A DNA stretch of 64,000 nucleotides, taken from Gammaproteobacteria bacterium (lineage in GTDB: Bacteria; Pseudomonadota; Gammaproteobacteria; UBA4575). Shown here one piece after another: positions 48,487 to 58,515 of this stretch; position 1 is the stretch's first letter, and the number at the start of each line of letters is the position of its first letter. Location: the NCBI GenBank assembly GCA_965222615.1, contig CBDCUI010000008.1, forward strand, positions 64,001 through 128,000, written 5' to 3'. The position numbers and the translations under genes were made by a program. The notes beneath the pieces are model-generated. The model saw only the letters and a list, made by a program, of their open reading frames with translations, searched no databases and was not told the DNA's origin.

Positions 48487-48978
48487 CTACTGAATAAATT
48501 CCCAGCGCTTATAGCGGATATACTGATGCATTAACTTATAACCCTCTCGAGTTTCATCTGCAGCTTGTTGACTAACGGTTTGCCAAGCAACTTCATTAGC
48601 ATGAGGGAGATTTTTTTTAAGGGCAGTAAGAAACCCAAGATCCTCATTAATTTGGTTGGTGTCTAGATGAGTTTTGTTTTCTGATGTGTAAGTAAGGGTG
48701 CTATTAGAAAAACTACTTTCATTTAGCTTAAAAACCAGTGAAAATGGATTATTGTGAATAGTAGTGAAGTTAAATTCATAGGCCTTACTAAAAGGGGCCC
48801 TCCCAAAAAAGACCGAGGCGTGATTTAACTTTGATTTAGCGATGTTGTTGCCAATTTTTTTATGACTGGCGCTCGAAGCGGTTTGTTCTAGGTGAGAACA
48901 GTTACTAAAGAGCAAGATTGCCGCTAAAACAAAAATAAGCCTTTGAAGAACATATACCTTCATGTAAAACACCTCCAA
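48487..48978 (-). CDS. Hypothetical protein, possible lipoprotein
   Basis: Hydrophobic N-terminus ending FSNC. Confidence 0.45.
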   Translation of the reverse strand: MEVFYMKVYVLQRLIFVLAAILLFSNCSHLEQTASSASHKKIGNNIAKSKLNHASVFFGRAPFSKAYEFNFTTIHNNPFSLVFKLNESSFSNSTLTYTSENKTHLDTNQINEDLGFLTALKKNLPHANEVAWQTVSQQAADETREGYKLMHQYIRYKRWEFIQ

Positions 48979-49108
48979 CCGATACTCCAGTGTAAGCCAC
49001 TGTAAAATAAGTGAGCTGATAGGGACGTTAGAAAGCGGTAATTTACAGACAGATGGTGAGGAACCCTACGGTAAGTATGTAAATCTATGATTAATATATA
49101 TGAATTTA

Positions 49109-49969
49109 TTAAGGGATACTCGTGACAGCATAATCTTTTACATATTTTGGTAATGGTTTTTTCTCTCCACTATGCAGTTTTTCTAGCTCTGTAAATATAC
49201 GAATACGGTCTTCTGTAGATGGATGTGTGTTTAAAAAATTTGGTATTTTGGAAGAACCTATAGCTTCATTTTGAATGGATTGAAAAAATTCTGCGGCACC
49301 TGAGGCATGCCCGTAGTATTTTAGCAGTAAATCCGTCGCGGTCTCGTCGGCCGAAGCTTCTTGGTTACGACTGAACGCTAAATTTGCGATGGATGCAGTT
49401 GGACCAAGAAATTGTTGCACAAAATCACTACCATCTGCCCCAACTAAAGCAAGTAAAAATAAGCCGACCACAATGCTTCTACCGGTACTGCGTAAAGGAT
49501 GCCTTTCATAATGATGTGCCATTTCATGTGCTAGCACCATACTGAGTCCATTCTCAGATTCTACTGATTGTAGTAATCCTCTAGTTACTACAATGTGTCC
49601 GCCTGGGACTGCAAAAGCATTTGCATCGTCAAGCGCCGTTACCGCTACAGTAAATTGGTGTTTTGAAAAATTATCTTCAGTGACACTATGCAGTTGATTC
49701 ACTAGTGTTTGCAAATAATGCTGAACTTTTTCTCCCTCAGCACTACTATCAGAAGGAAAAGGCATTATATATACTTTTTCTTTTCCAAATAGAGATTGCT
49801 CATATTCAATTGGAATGTACCCAACCAAATGATCTGCAGCAAACCCAAGAATTATTACTGCTATTAAAACTAACCCAATTGTCCCTGCTGTTAAAATGAA
49901 AAAAGGTTTTAATGGATGTTCAGGGGTTACATTAATTCCTTCTGGAGGTTGAACAGGGGTATATTTCAC
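49109..49969 (-). CDS. M48 family metallopeptidase
   Basis: NAFAVPGG, AHEMAHH, FSRNQE..AD and THPS..RI. Confidence 0.9.
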   Translation of the reverse strand: MKYTPVQPPEGINVTPEHPLKPFFILTAGTIGLVLIAVIILGFAADHLVGYIPIEYEQSLFGKEKVYIMPFPSDSSAEGEKVQHYLQTLVNQLHSVTEDNFSKHQFTVAVTALDDANAFAVPGGHIVVTRGLLQSVESENGLSMVLAHEMAHHYERHPLRSTGRSIVVGLFLLALVGADGSDFVQQFLGPTASIANLAFSRNQEASADETATDLLLKYYGHASGAAEFFQSIQNEAIGSSKIPNFLNTHPSTEDRIRIFTELEKLHSGEKKPLPKYVKDYAVTSIP

Positions 49970-50433
49970 TACAAATTATTTTCAATAGAAACAGCTGTAC
50001 CATAAGCAAGAACTTCTACTGCACCTACACTATTTCTACGTCGGCTGTTTTTACTTATAGATGAAGTTTCTACGCGAGCATTCATAACAACAAATGCACT
50101 AGAAAGTTGTGCTTGTTCTTTCATGCGCAGTAATGCTTCTCTGCGTGCGCGATCTAGTAGTGATTCATAAGGCGTGATTTTGCCACCGAATAACATTTTT
50201 AGAGAAGCCACGAATTTTTTAAAGAAGTCAATCGATATCACTACATTCCCGCTCACCAGCTCGGTATGTAAACGATTGTGCTTTATCAAAGGTGGAGTTT
50301 TTAATGTAACAATAGGAATATCTAAAGTAGCTTTTTCTCTTTCAATAATAGATTTGAAATGCCTTTTTTCAGCTCGTTGACCAAAGATATAGCCAAGAGC
50401 AAGTAAGGTTAGCAGTACGCCTAATTCAGTCAT
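49969..50433 (-). CDS. YbjQ/UPF0145 family protein with N-terminal TM
   Basis: FGG....YE.LL.RARREA..RM and EVLAYGTAV. Confidence 0.85.
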   Translation of the reverse strand: MTELGVLLTLLALGYIFGQRAEKRHFKSIIEREKATLDIPIVTLKTPPLIKHNRLHTELVSGNVVISIDFFKKFVASLKMLFGGKITPYESLLDRARREALLRMKEQAQLSSAFVVMNARVETSSISKNSRRRNSVGAVEVLAYGTAVSIENNL

Positions 50434-50747
50434 GACTCAAGTTTTACTGCTGTTCCGTAGGCATATAATTCTGCAGCGCCTTGTGCTACTGAGGACGTGC
50501 TATATCTAACATTGACAATCGCATTTGCACCCATTGCCTTTGCTTGTGCAACCATTCGATCAGTAGCTTCTTTTCTGGATTCGGCCAACAATTCCGTATA
50601 GGCACCGAGCTCGCCTCCAAAAATATTTTTCAACCCAGCAAGAAAATCCTTGCCAACATGTTTCGCACGAATGGTGTTGCCTTGTACTAAGCCAAAATGC
50701 TGGATAATTTTTCTACCTGGCACTTGTTCTAAGTTTGAAATCAGCAT
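50430..50747 (-). CDS. YbjQ/UPF0145 family protein
   Basis: KNIFGGELGAYTELL, GANAIVNVRY and AYGTAV. Confidence 0.9.
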   Translation of the reverse strand: MLISNLEQVPGRKIIQHFGLVQGNTIRAKHVGKDFLAGLKNIFGGELGAYTELLAESRKEATDRMVAQAKAMGANAIVNVRYSTSSVAQGAAELYAYGTAVKLES

Positions 50748-51015
50748 GAAACCTCCTAAATAAATAAATAGGTGATTAAGTGTATTTTCAGGTCAAGCAT
50801 CCGAAATTTTGATAAACATCACAATTCACAATTAGTTACCGGAATAATGTCAAGGTTATAATAGTAGTATTATGTGACACAGTTATCTATATAAGCTAGC
50901 ATATGTATAAGTTATACCTTCGATCTTGCTTTGTAGGCCAATTAGTCTGTGTCGATATGTTTATAGAACGATGGTCTGATATTCTGGTCTACAATAGTAG
51001 CAGGGAGCAAATACT

Positions 51016-51279
51016 ATGAAAAAGCGCTTATCTTTATTCCTTATTTGTATGGGATTAATTGTTGTAAATCCAATAGGATATTTGGGTGCTGCTGGTCTTA
51101 CAGCAGAGCAACTTGAACAACAAATACAACTAAGTCATATGCTTGGTCAAATTACTTTGGAAGAACAAAACTATCGCATACAGAAGGTCAGGACTTTAGG
51201 TGTGGATGGGTATTACAAATGGCTCCGTAGCGAAGGTGCTTCTGCTAAAACTTCTGCATCAAATAATCGTTCCAGATAA
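51016..51279 (+). CDS. Hypothetical exported protein
   Basis: GGGAG SD and a signal peptide. Confidence 0.5.
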   Translation: MKKRLSLFLICMGLIVVNPIGYLGAAGLTAEQLEQQIQLSHMLGQITLEEQNYRIQKVRTLGVDGYYKWLRSEGASAKTSASNNRSR

Positions 51280-51541
51280 TAGTCAGATGTTTGGTATCGG
51301 TAAGGTACAGTGAAATTGCACACTAAGACCGCTTAGTTTCCATTCCCCTCATCAAAGCCTGATACATGCCAGGCTTCATGTAATTTCTATGGTTAACCTC
51401 AGAAGCTACTCCAGCTTGATCGTAATTAACTAAATAAAAAAGCATATTGGTTTTTTTCCATGAAATAAGGCTAAATATGTAACATTGTTTATCAATATGT
51501 CCTGTGAGGCATTAAATTAGCTAAAAATATAAATTTGAGCT

Positions 51542-51976
51542 ATGCCACAAACCCGAATATCCGAGCAATTACGGCGCCACGCAGTAGCTATTATTAGTTT
51601 AGTTGTGGCTTTAACTAGTTTGGCCTACAACACATATCGAAATGAATTAACCGAGGCAAATCGAACTGTGCGTCAAGCAGGTTTCGAAATGATTTCTGAG
51701 TTATCAGAGCTTCAACAAGTTATGTTGTTTGCCCGTTATAACCAAGAAGATAAACGAGGCGATACTACTGTAGGTTGGTCTCATGTACTATCTCTACGAG
51801 ATCTTAGTTTGGCAATGCCAAATAACATACAAAAAAAAGCTAATAATTTTTATAAAGTATGGCAAGAAAATAATGCAGAAATTGCTGCAACAAATTCAAC
51901 TGCATATAACACAATAGATAAAGAGATTGATGATTTGAAAGCTGAAATTTTAAAGGTCGTATCAGCCTTGCGTTGA
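51542..51976 (+). CDS. Hypothetical membrane-anchored helical protein
   Basis: TM segment AIISLVVALTSLAYN followed by helices. Confidence 0.6.
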   Translation: MPQTRISEQLRRHAVAIISLVVALTSLAYNTYRNELTEANRTVRQAGFEMISELSELQQVMLFARYNQEDKRGDTTVGWSHVLSLRDLSLAMPNNIQKKANNFYKVWQENNAEIAATNSTAYNTIDKEIDDLKAEILKVVSALR

Positions 51977-51981
51977 TTTAA

Positions 51982-52110
51982 TTAGTGGTTCAGCAAAAAA
52001 GCTAAAGCAACTAAGCTAACTACTGTAATTATAAAGATGGTTAATAAAATACGTAAAATAATTGGAATTAAAAAATGGAAGCGATCGGCAAAAGGATTAA
52101 ATGAGATCAT
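51982..52110 (-). CDS. Possible 42-aa single-TM small protein
   Basis: Hand-translated MISFNPFADRFHFLIPIILRILLTIFIITVVSLVALAFLLNH; AAGGA upstream. Confidence 0.3.
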   Translation of the reverse strand: MISFNPFADRFHFLIPIILRILLTIFIITVVSLVALAFLLNH

Positions 52111-52365
52111 GAAGTTTGCAAATTCCTTATTAATGGATTTGATTGAAGTATCATACAGCTAAAGTATCACATTCACATAAATGACTTTGAAAAAAAGAGC
52201 AAATGGTCTAGAAATGTTGATCAACAGGATGAGCGCAAGTGATTTTCAGTATTCAATGTGGTTAAACAGTAACTTACAAAGTAAAAACTGAAAGATATAT
52301 TGTATGGGGGCTAGTTGAATATTTGACAAATATATTTAAATTCGTAACTAATTTAAGACTTAGTT

Positions 52366-52401
52366 AAAAAACGCAACGAGTTATCAATATAACTCGTTGC
52401 G
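52366..52401 (-). terminator. Terminator after the YegP-like gene
   Basis: CGCAACGAGTTAT / ATAACTCGTTGCG stem with an A6 run on the + strand. Confidence 0.8.
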
Positions 52402-52424
52402 CTTGTCTTAGTATTAGATCAAGG

Positions 52425-52757
52425 CTAGCAAAGATCATCAATTTTTGCTGAGCCAGCATGCCTGCCTACACTTGTAATGCCATTTTCCATGCTTTTTACG
52501 GAATTATACATTTCACTTTTGCCAATAGCTTGGTGATTTTTAGCTTTGAGAACGAAGTAAGATTTACCATTCCTGGAAGATTTTCTTTCAAATTGTTTAC
52601 TTGCCCTCCCATTTTTCTTTACGCTCGCAATGCCATTTTTACAACTGCGTTTTTCTTTATAGCCCTCACTCGCCAAAATGATTTCACCGTTTGACGCCTT
52701 TAATCGAAAACGAAATTCACCTCTTTTGTCTTTAAATATCTCGAATTTTCCTGCCAT
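52425..52757 (-). CDS. YegP/DUF1508 family protein
   Basis: Two repeats: FRLKASNGEIILASEGY and FVLKAKNHQAIGKSEMY. Confidence 0.9.
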   Translation of the reverse strand: MAGKFEIFKDKRGEFRFRLKASNGEIILASEGYKEKRSCKNGIASVKKNGRASKQFERKSSRNGKSYFVLKAKNHQAIGKSEMYNSVKSMENGITSVGRHAGSAKIDDLC

Positions 52758-52951
52758 TTCCGCCTCCGTATCAGAGAAAAGAATTTATAGATTATTAAGC
52801 ACGTACAAGTATAACCACATGTATCGTCTTCGTGCAAAAAAATGCAAGCTCAGATGATTGATGAATTTTCAATGTCAGTTTTAACCGATATGGATGCTTT
52901 GTTGTTGTATGATTAATTGCGTCAGTACTGCTAGTTAAATCATATAGTTTC

Positions 52952-53935
52952 ATGATTAAACAAATGTCAATTATTTTGATTTGGACGGTGTGTGTAGTGG
53001 TTCTGCATCACCTCATAGACCCTTCTACTAAGTTAAGTTTGTTTATTCTAGTGGCAGGTCTTATGCTATGGATGAGATTTAGAGAGATTGATGTTGTTAA
53101 TCTCTTGCCTCCTATTTTATTGATCGGTTTACTGGCATGGTTGACCATTATACAGCCAAAAAATGATCGAAATTGGTGGCCGGAAACCTCTATATTGCCG
53201 AGTATTAAGATAGAGGAACACCAAGTAACGATAGAAAAATTTCGCAATTTCCATTGGCAAGGCCTTAAAGAATCCAATCCCAACTGGGAAACTCGTAGCT
53301 ATAATTTAGCTAATCTTGATAGTCTTGACCTCGTTGTTGAGCCTTTTAGAGATTCGAGGTTTATGGCACATACCATGTTAGTGTTTGGATTTGGGTCCCA
53401 AGGTTACGTGGTGGTATCCGTAGAGGCAAGAAAAGAACAACAGGAAGAATACGGTATACTGGCCGGGGCATTACGTCAGTTTGAACTTATTTATATATTT
53501 GGGGATGAAAGAGATCTGTTTGTTCAAAGGGCAGTACATCGGAATTCTGAGCTATATTTATATCCAATTAAAGCAAACAGAAGTTTTATAGTTAATCTGT
53601 TTGAAGATTTGGCAAAATCTGCAAATGGTTTGCACCAACAAGCAAAGTTTTACCGCACAATTCGGGATAATTGCACCACCACACTTGTCAAGCACATCGA
53701 TCGACACTACGATGATAAGATTGGTTTTCGTTATGAAGTTTTATTCCCTGCACAGGCGGGAAAATTATTATATGACCTTGGTAAAATGGATACGACTCTA
53801 GCATTTGAAAAAGTAAAATCCATGGCAAGGATTGATGAATTAGTCAGAAAGTATATAGATGAACCTAATTTTTCCACGATAATTCGAGCCCAGTCAACAG
53901 ATCCATACAAAACTGCCAGCAGTGCTGCTTCTTGA
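52952..53935 (+). CDS. DUF4105 family membrane protein
   Basis: FRNFHW, AHTMLVFGF, SVEARKE and FY....NCTT. Confidence 0.8.
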   Translation: MIKQMSIILIWTVCVVVLHHLIDPSTKLSLFILVAGLMLWMRFREIDVVNLLPPILLIGLLAWLTIIQPKNDRNWWPETSILPSIKIEEHQVTIEKFRNFHWQGLKESNPNWETRSYNLANLDSLDLVVEPFRDSRFMAHTMLVFGFGSQGYVVVSVEARKEQQEEYGILAGALRQFELIYIFGDERDLFVQRAVHRNSELYLYPIKANRSFIVNLFEDLAKSANGLHQQAKFYRTIRDNCTTTLVKHIDRHYDDKIGFRYEVLFPAQAGKLLYDLGKMDTTLAFEKVKSMARIDELVRKYIDEPNFSTIIRAQSTDPYKTASSAAS

Positions 53936-54010
53936 TAATATAGCTACTCTGTCTGCTTAATATATAATCTATAATAAATGTATAACTAAAAAATCCGTAA
54001 AAAATAAACT

Positions 54011-55168
54011 ATGAAAAAAGTTGTTATTGCTCCAGATTCTTTCAAGGGCAATCTTACTTCTCTTGAAGTAGCGATCTGCATTGAAAAAGGTATTAAACGC
54101 GTATTGCCAAAAATTAAATGCATAAAAGTACCCATGGCAGATGGTGGAGAGGGTACCGTACAATCTATGGTAGATGCGGCAAAAGGCAAGATCGTTAAGA
54201 AACGAGTCAAAGGGCCTGCTGGAAAATTAGTGACTGCTCAATATGGTTGGATCGCTAGCAATAAAACTGCAGTGATCGAAATGGCAGAAGCCTCTGGTTT
54301 ACCCTTGGTAAATGGGCGCGAAAAGAATCCACTTAAGACAACTACTTATGGCACGGGCCAATTGATACTTGATGCCATAAATCGAGGAACAAACAAGATC
54401 ATTATTGGTATTGGTGGTTCAGCAACCAATGATGGCGGGGTAGGTATGGCACAAGCCCTGGGTGTGAAGTTCTTAAACGCAAATGGACGAGTCATTCAAG
54501 AATTGGGATCAGGAGGGATGCTATCTAAAATACAAAGTATAGATATCTCAAATTTGGATGGCAGAGTACGGAATACAAATATCGTGGTTGCTTGTGATGT
54601 AGAGAATCCACTTTTTGGTAAAAAAGGTGCTGCCTATGTGTTTGGACCACAAAAAGGCGCAACACCGAAAATGGTTGAAACACTGGATGCCAATTTAAAG
54701 CGCCTTAGTAAATTGTTGAAGCGTGATCTTAAAAAAGATGTAGGGCGAATGCCTGGTGCAGGTGCAGCAGGGGGTTTGGGTGCAGGATTGGTAGCATTTG
54801 CTGGTGCAAAGCTAGAAAGTGGCATTGATATTGTATTAGAGGCCACGCAGCTAAGTAAGTATATAAAAGGTGCTGATCTGGTAATTACAGGAGAAGGTAA
54901 AATTGACTTTCAAACTGCGTTTGGAAAAACCCCTGCTGGGGTAGCTAAAGCAGCAAAACAACACAAGGTACCCGTAATTGCAATTGGTGGGGCATTGGCA
55001 GATGATGCGCAGAAAGTATTTGCACATGGAATTGATGGTCTTGAAAGTGCATCTGCAAAAGATATGTCACTAGAAGAAGCTATAGGAAATTCACGAGCTT
55101 ATATAGAAAATGCCGCTGAGCGAGCAGTTCGAATTATACTGATTGGAAAAAAGATATATAAAAAGTAA
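54011..55168 (+). CDS. Glycerate kinase (GlxK/GarK class)
   Basis: APDSFKG, ADGGEGT, GGSATNDGG, GAGAAGG and TGEG. Confidence 0.93.
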   Translation: MKKVVIAPDSFKGNLTSLEVAICIEKGIKRVLPKIKCIKVPMADGGEGTVQSMVDAAKGKIVKKRVKGPAGKLVTAQYGWIASNKTAVIEMAEASGLPLVNGREKNPLKTTTYGTGQLILDAINRGTNKIIIGIGGSATNDGGVGMAQALGVKFLNANGRVIQELGSGGMLSKIQSIDISNLDGRVRNTNIVVACDVENPLFGKKGAAYVFGPQKGATPKMVETLDANLKRLSKLLKRDLKKDVGRMPGAGAAGGLGAGLVAFAGAKLESGIDIVLEATQLSKYIKGADLVITGEGKIDFQTAFGKTPAGVAKAAKQHKVPVIAIGGALADDAQKVFAHGIDGLESASAKDMSLEEAIGNSRAYIENAAERAVRIILIGKKIYKK

Positions 55169-55231
55169 TTTTTTCGGCTACTTGATCTAACTAGGGGGTA
55201 CAGCAATTTATTTTATTGCCAAGTGAACAAG

Positions 55232-55612
55232 TTAATCGGCAAAGCTAAATTGTTGATGTTCAAAGGTGTCTTTAGGCAAGCCGCGTAATTTAATAAATTC
55301 TTGTCTAAAGGCTTGTTTAGCCTTAATGAGATGATTGTCACACTCGACAGAACTTATCTCATATTCAAAATTTTCACAATTAATGGGCGGGGTATATTGC
55401 TTTATAAAAGCCTTCTCAAATTCTTCAGATAAGCGTTGTTGTATAACTTTTTCTTGCTCTAGATGTTTTGTATTTGCATGTAAGAGCAGATTTTCAGGAC
55501 TTGTGTTGGTTTCTTTTGAAAATAGAGAATACGTTGCAATGAGTATTCCAAAAGCTAGTGATACTGATAGGGCTTTCTTTATCAGGGGGTTAAACATGTG
55601 GTTAGCATGCAA
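55232..55612 (-). CDS. Hypothetical membrane-anchored protein
   Basis: TM segment followed by YTPPINC...VECDN. Confidence 0.5.
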   Translation of the reverse strand: MHANHMFNPLIKKALSVSLAFGILIATYSLFSKETNTSPENLLLHANTKHLEQEKVIQQRLSEEFEKAFIKQYTPPINCENFEYEISSVECDNHLIKAKQAFRQEFIKLRGLPKDTFEHQQFSFAD

Positions 55613-55741
55613 TACATCCCTGCATGCTAATCACAGTACCCGATGAATGGGCAGTGTTGGCTTAGTAATGGATAACCACATAACAAAGTATTTACTATGG
55701 AAAGAATCTAACCTCATATAAAAACTAGAACATACTTATTA

Positions 55742-56560
55742 TTAAGGTGTTATTTCAATCGGAGTGCCATTTTTCACTAGATCCCAAATCTCGTCCATGT
55801 CTTCATTATTGACTGCAATGCACCCGTCGGTCCAATCGAATAGCTTGAGAATCCTCCAAGCCCAGCCTATGCCATTAGGTTGTCCATGAATCATAATTTC
55901 ACCTCCAGGGTCAAAACCTGCCTCAAGCGCTTTTTTCTTATCTTCATTATTGGGGTAGGAAATATGAATAGACTTGTAAAACTTACTGTTCTCATTTCTA
56001 TTGTCTAGGAGGTATAGTCCCTCAGGTGTGCGTTCATCGCCTTGCTTTTGTTTGTGTCCCAGCGGATTGGCGCCGAGGCTTACATCATAAGTGCGATAGG
56101 TTTTTCCATTTTTTATTAGGCGTAGCTTGCGTTCGCTTTTTTTAAGTAATACCGAATCGGCAGTGAGTAAATTGACTAATTTAGATACTTCTTTCCCTTT
56201 GTCGTAGCTTCTTTCGCCCCATTGTTCTCCACGTGCATTAAAGTACTTCCATAACCCGTGTTTTTCCCCATTGAGATATTTGCCGGATATATGCATATAT
56301 CCACCATCCCAAGCTTGCCAAATCCCATGTTTAGTTTCATTTTTTTCACAAAATATAGCGATTCCAAGCTTACTCCAGACTTCACGCTTTTCAAATGAGC
56401 CTTCTTCGCATTGTAAAGAGTGATTCGCTAATGCATTTTTGGTTTTGTTGTATTCGTGCTCCATCATCCAACCTATCCATAATGGACTGGTAAGTAGTAA
56501 TAGTAGAGCAACCGTGATTAGTAGTGCTGTAGATACACCAAGAAACTTCTTTAATTGCAT
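55742..56560 (-). CDS. L,D-transpeptidase (YkuD) domain protein with MORN-variant repeats
   Basis: GDERTPEG, IMIHG and WTDGCIA; upstream KHGIW/KHGLWKYF repeats; N-terminal TM. Confidence 0.85.
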   Translation of the reverse strand: MQLKKFLGVSTALLITVALLLLLTSPLWIGWMMEHEYNKTKNALANHSLQCEEGSFEKREVWSKLGIAIFCEKNETKHGIWQAWDGGYMHISGKYLNGEKHGLWKYFNARGEQWGERSYDKGKEVSKLVNLLTADSVLLKKSERKLRLIKNGKTYRTYDVSLGANPLGHKQKQGDERTPEGLYLLDNRNENSKFYKSIHISYPNNEDKKKALEAGFDPGGEIMIHGQPNGIGWAWRILKLFDWTDGCIAVNNEDMDEIWDLVKNGTPIEITP

Positions 56561-56767
56561 GTGGTTTAAACTATTTCCTAGCTCATCCGATTAACGAGTT
56601 TAATTAATCATGTATTGCTATAGTACAGTAAGGATAAATTGGATAGAAATAACGTTTTCGATTAAAACATGTAAAAAATAAGTGATTTATCCTTTAACAG
56701 TAATCATTACGGTTAGTTTATACTATAGAAAAAAAATGTAAGTCTTCAATCACAAATTTTTAGAAAA

Positions 56768-56968
56768 ATGAATAAAACACTTATTATTATTGGCGCGGCA
56801 ATTATTATTATTGGATTACTTTGGCCTGTCATCACCAAAATGCCATTTGGTAGATTGCCAGGAGATATAGCAATCAAGAAAGAAGGGTTTCAGCTGTACT
56901 TTCCAGTTACAACGATGATTATTATAAGTGTTGTCGTGTCGCTGCTTTTATGGTTTTTTAAAAAGTAA
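56768..56968 (+). CDS. DUF2905 family small membrane protein
   Basis: GRLPGDI...YFPVTT. Confidence 0.85.
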   Translation: MNKTLIIIGAAIIIIGLLWPVITKMPFGRLPGDIAIKKEGFQLYFPVTTMIIISVVVSLLLWFFKK

Positions 56969-57005
56969 TTTAATAAGTAACTAATATGTACGTATACACT
57001 TTTTG

Positions 57006-58133
57006 TTAATATCTTGCTCGTTCCAGAACATAAATATTAAATCGTTTAGTATCCTTTTTATGATAATAAAGCAATCTGCCATCACCAGTGATGGCGGGAG
57101 CTTCTGAAAACCCGTTAATTGCTTCGAGTAAAACCGGTTTTCTAAAAGGTGAATTTTTATCTGGCCTACTGGTGTAGTAAGTAGCAAAATTTGCCCCGTT
57201 CTCTAAATTTAAGCGCGTGAAAAATAGCTCGAGTTCATCTGTTGATATCGAGGCAGCATATTCCAGGCTTTTTGTATTTATATGTTTGAAAATTTCTTTG
57301 GAATTTTGATCGATTACAAATTTTCCATTTTGCAGATATGCTGTAAAGAAATGTGATTCCTTTGGCCAAGCTTGGCCACTGAATAAAGTTTGTGTTGCAT
57401 ATATACTAGATCCGTCTGCGCTAATCTCGATATCCATATTCAGCCAGCCCGGTTTATGCAGAGATAATTCAGGTATTGGGGTAATGTTAACTACTTCGCC
57501 ATTGATAAATTTTCCTCTATATACAGTGGTGTAGCCATTATCTTTGCCATAGTAGGCGGTAGATACATAATAGAAATTTCCATGAACATCCATAGTGGGC
57601 ACACCGTCAACGCTATTTGTGTTAATACCTTTAACTTCTCCCATAAACTGAAATGTAGTGTCATCAATACGTATCGCATAGTAAATATCTTTATCAGTTT
57701 TTGGTGTATCCGTTTTTTCGCTATTGAAGAAAAGGATGTTTCCATCTCGTGAAATAAAAGGTTCCATTGCGTTATACGGGTTGTTAATAATGTGCACACG
57801 CCTTGGATTGACAAATGCTCCATTTCCAGGAGAAGGTGAATTTAGTTTTTCAAAGTCTGATAGAATTTCGTTTAGTAAAGCATTTGCTAGTTTTATTTTG
57901 CCATTATCCGCTAATACCTTGACTTGTTTCATTTTTGGTACAACATTTGATACGTCTTTATTGTTAGCAACAGCAATTTTTAATTGCTGTTCTGCTGCAG
58001 TCGCTTTCATTTTGAGAGTTGTGACTTCTTCAGGAGTAGAACCTCCTATGCAAGAGTTACCCACAAGCATATAAATAAACAAAGTAGTAAATAGAGCTTT
58101 GCCGCTGATTAAAAACTGTCTAAATAAATTCAT
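57006..58133 (-). CDS. Exported PD40/TolB-like beta-propeller protein
   Basis: Repeated P.IS.DG.L.F motifs (EPFISRDGNILFF, EISADGS, PAITGDGRLLYY). Confidence 0.7.
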   Translation of the reverse strand: MNLFRQFLISGKALFTTLFIYMLVGNSCIGGSTPEEVTTLKMKATAAEQQLKIAVANNKDVSNVVPKMKQVKVLADNGKIKLANALLNEILSDFEKLNSPSPGNGAFVNPRRVHIINNPYNAMEPFISRDGNILFFNSEKTDTPKTDKDIYYAIRIDDTTFQFMGEVKGINTNSVDGVPTMDVHGNFYYVSTAYYGKDNGYTTVYRGKFINGEVVNITPIPELSLHKPGWLNMDIEISADGSSIYATQTLFSGQAWPKESHFFTAYLQNGKFVIDQNSKEIFKHINTKSLEYAASISTDELELFFTRLNLENGANFATYYTSRPDKNSPFRKPVLLEAINGFSEAPAITGDGRLLYYHKKDTKRFNIYVLERARY

Positions 58134-58515
58134 TGTTTATCCCCTAGATTTCATCAATTAAAAAATGCATCCCAGATTGTATGTGCATTTTTAATAGAGA
58201 GGTGTGTTTGTGCTTTAATCATGAAGAAACACCATTGACAATATTGCTACCCATAGTAAACCTTTAATTTTAGATGGTATATGCGTAGTAATTGTCCCCA
58301 TCCGTTTTGCGTTAGTGTAGCCTAACCTCGAATGGTTAACTTAGATTTCAGTTAGTTAACAAATGTGTTGCCGATAAAACTACTGATTACAGCGATGAAT
58401 AGTCATACTATGAAAATGTTTGCAATTTTTCCGTATAAAATTTAATTAATATAATTTTATTAAATCGTGAAGTATTATTTTCAAAAATTATTTAAGGGTA
58501 GGGTATTGCTAGTAC

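Noticed and set aside
58290-58340. c-di-GMP-I riboswitch-like fragments on the - strand (AACCATTCG...ACGCAAA)
   Set aside because: There is no GNRA-capped P2 stem and the required pairing is absent.
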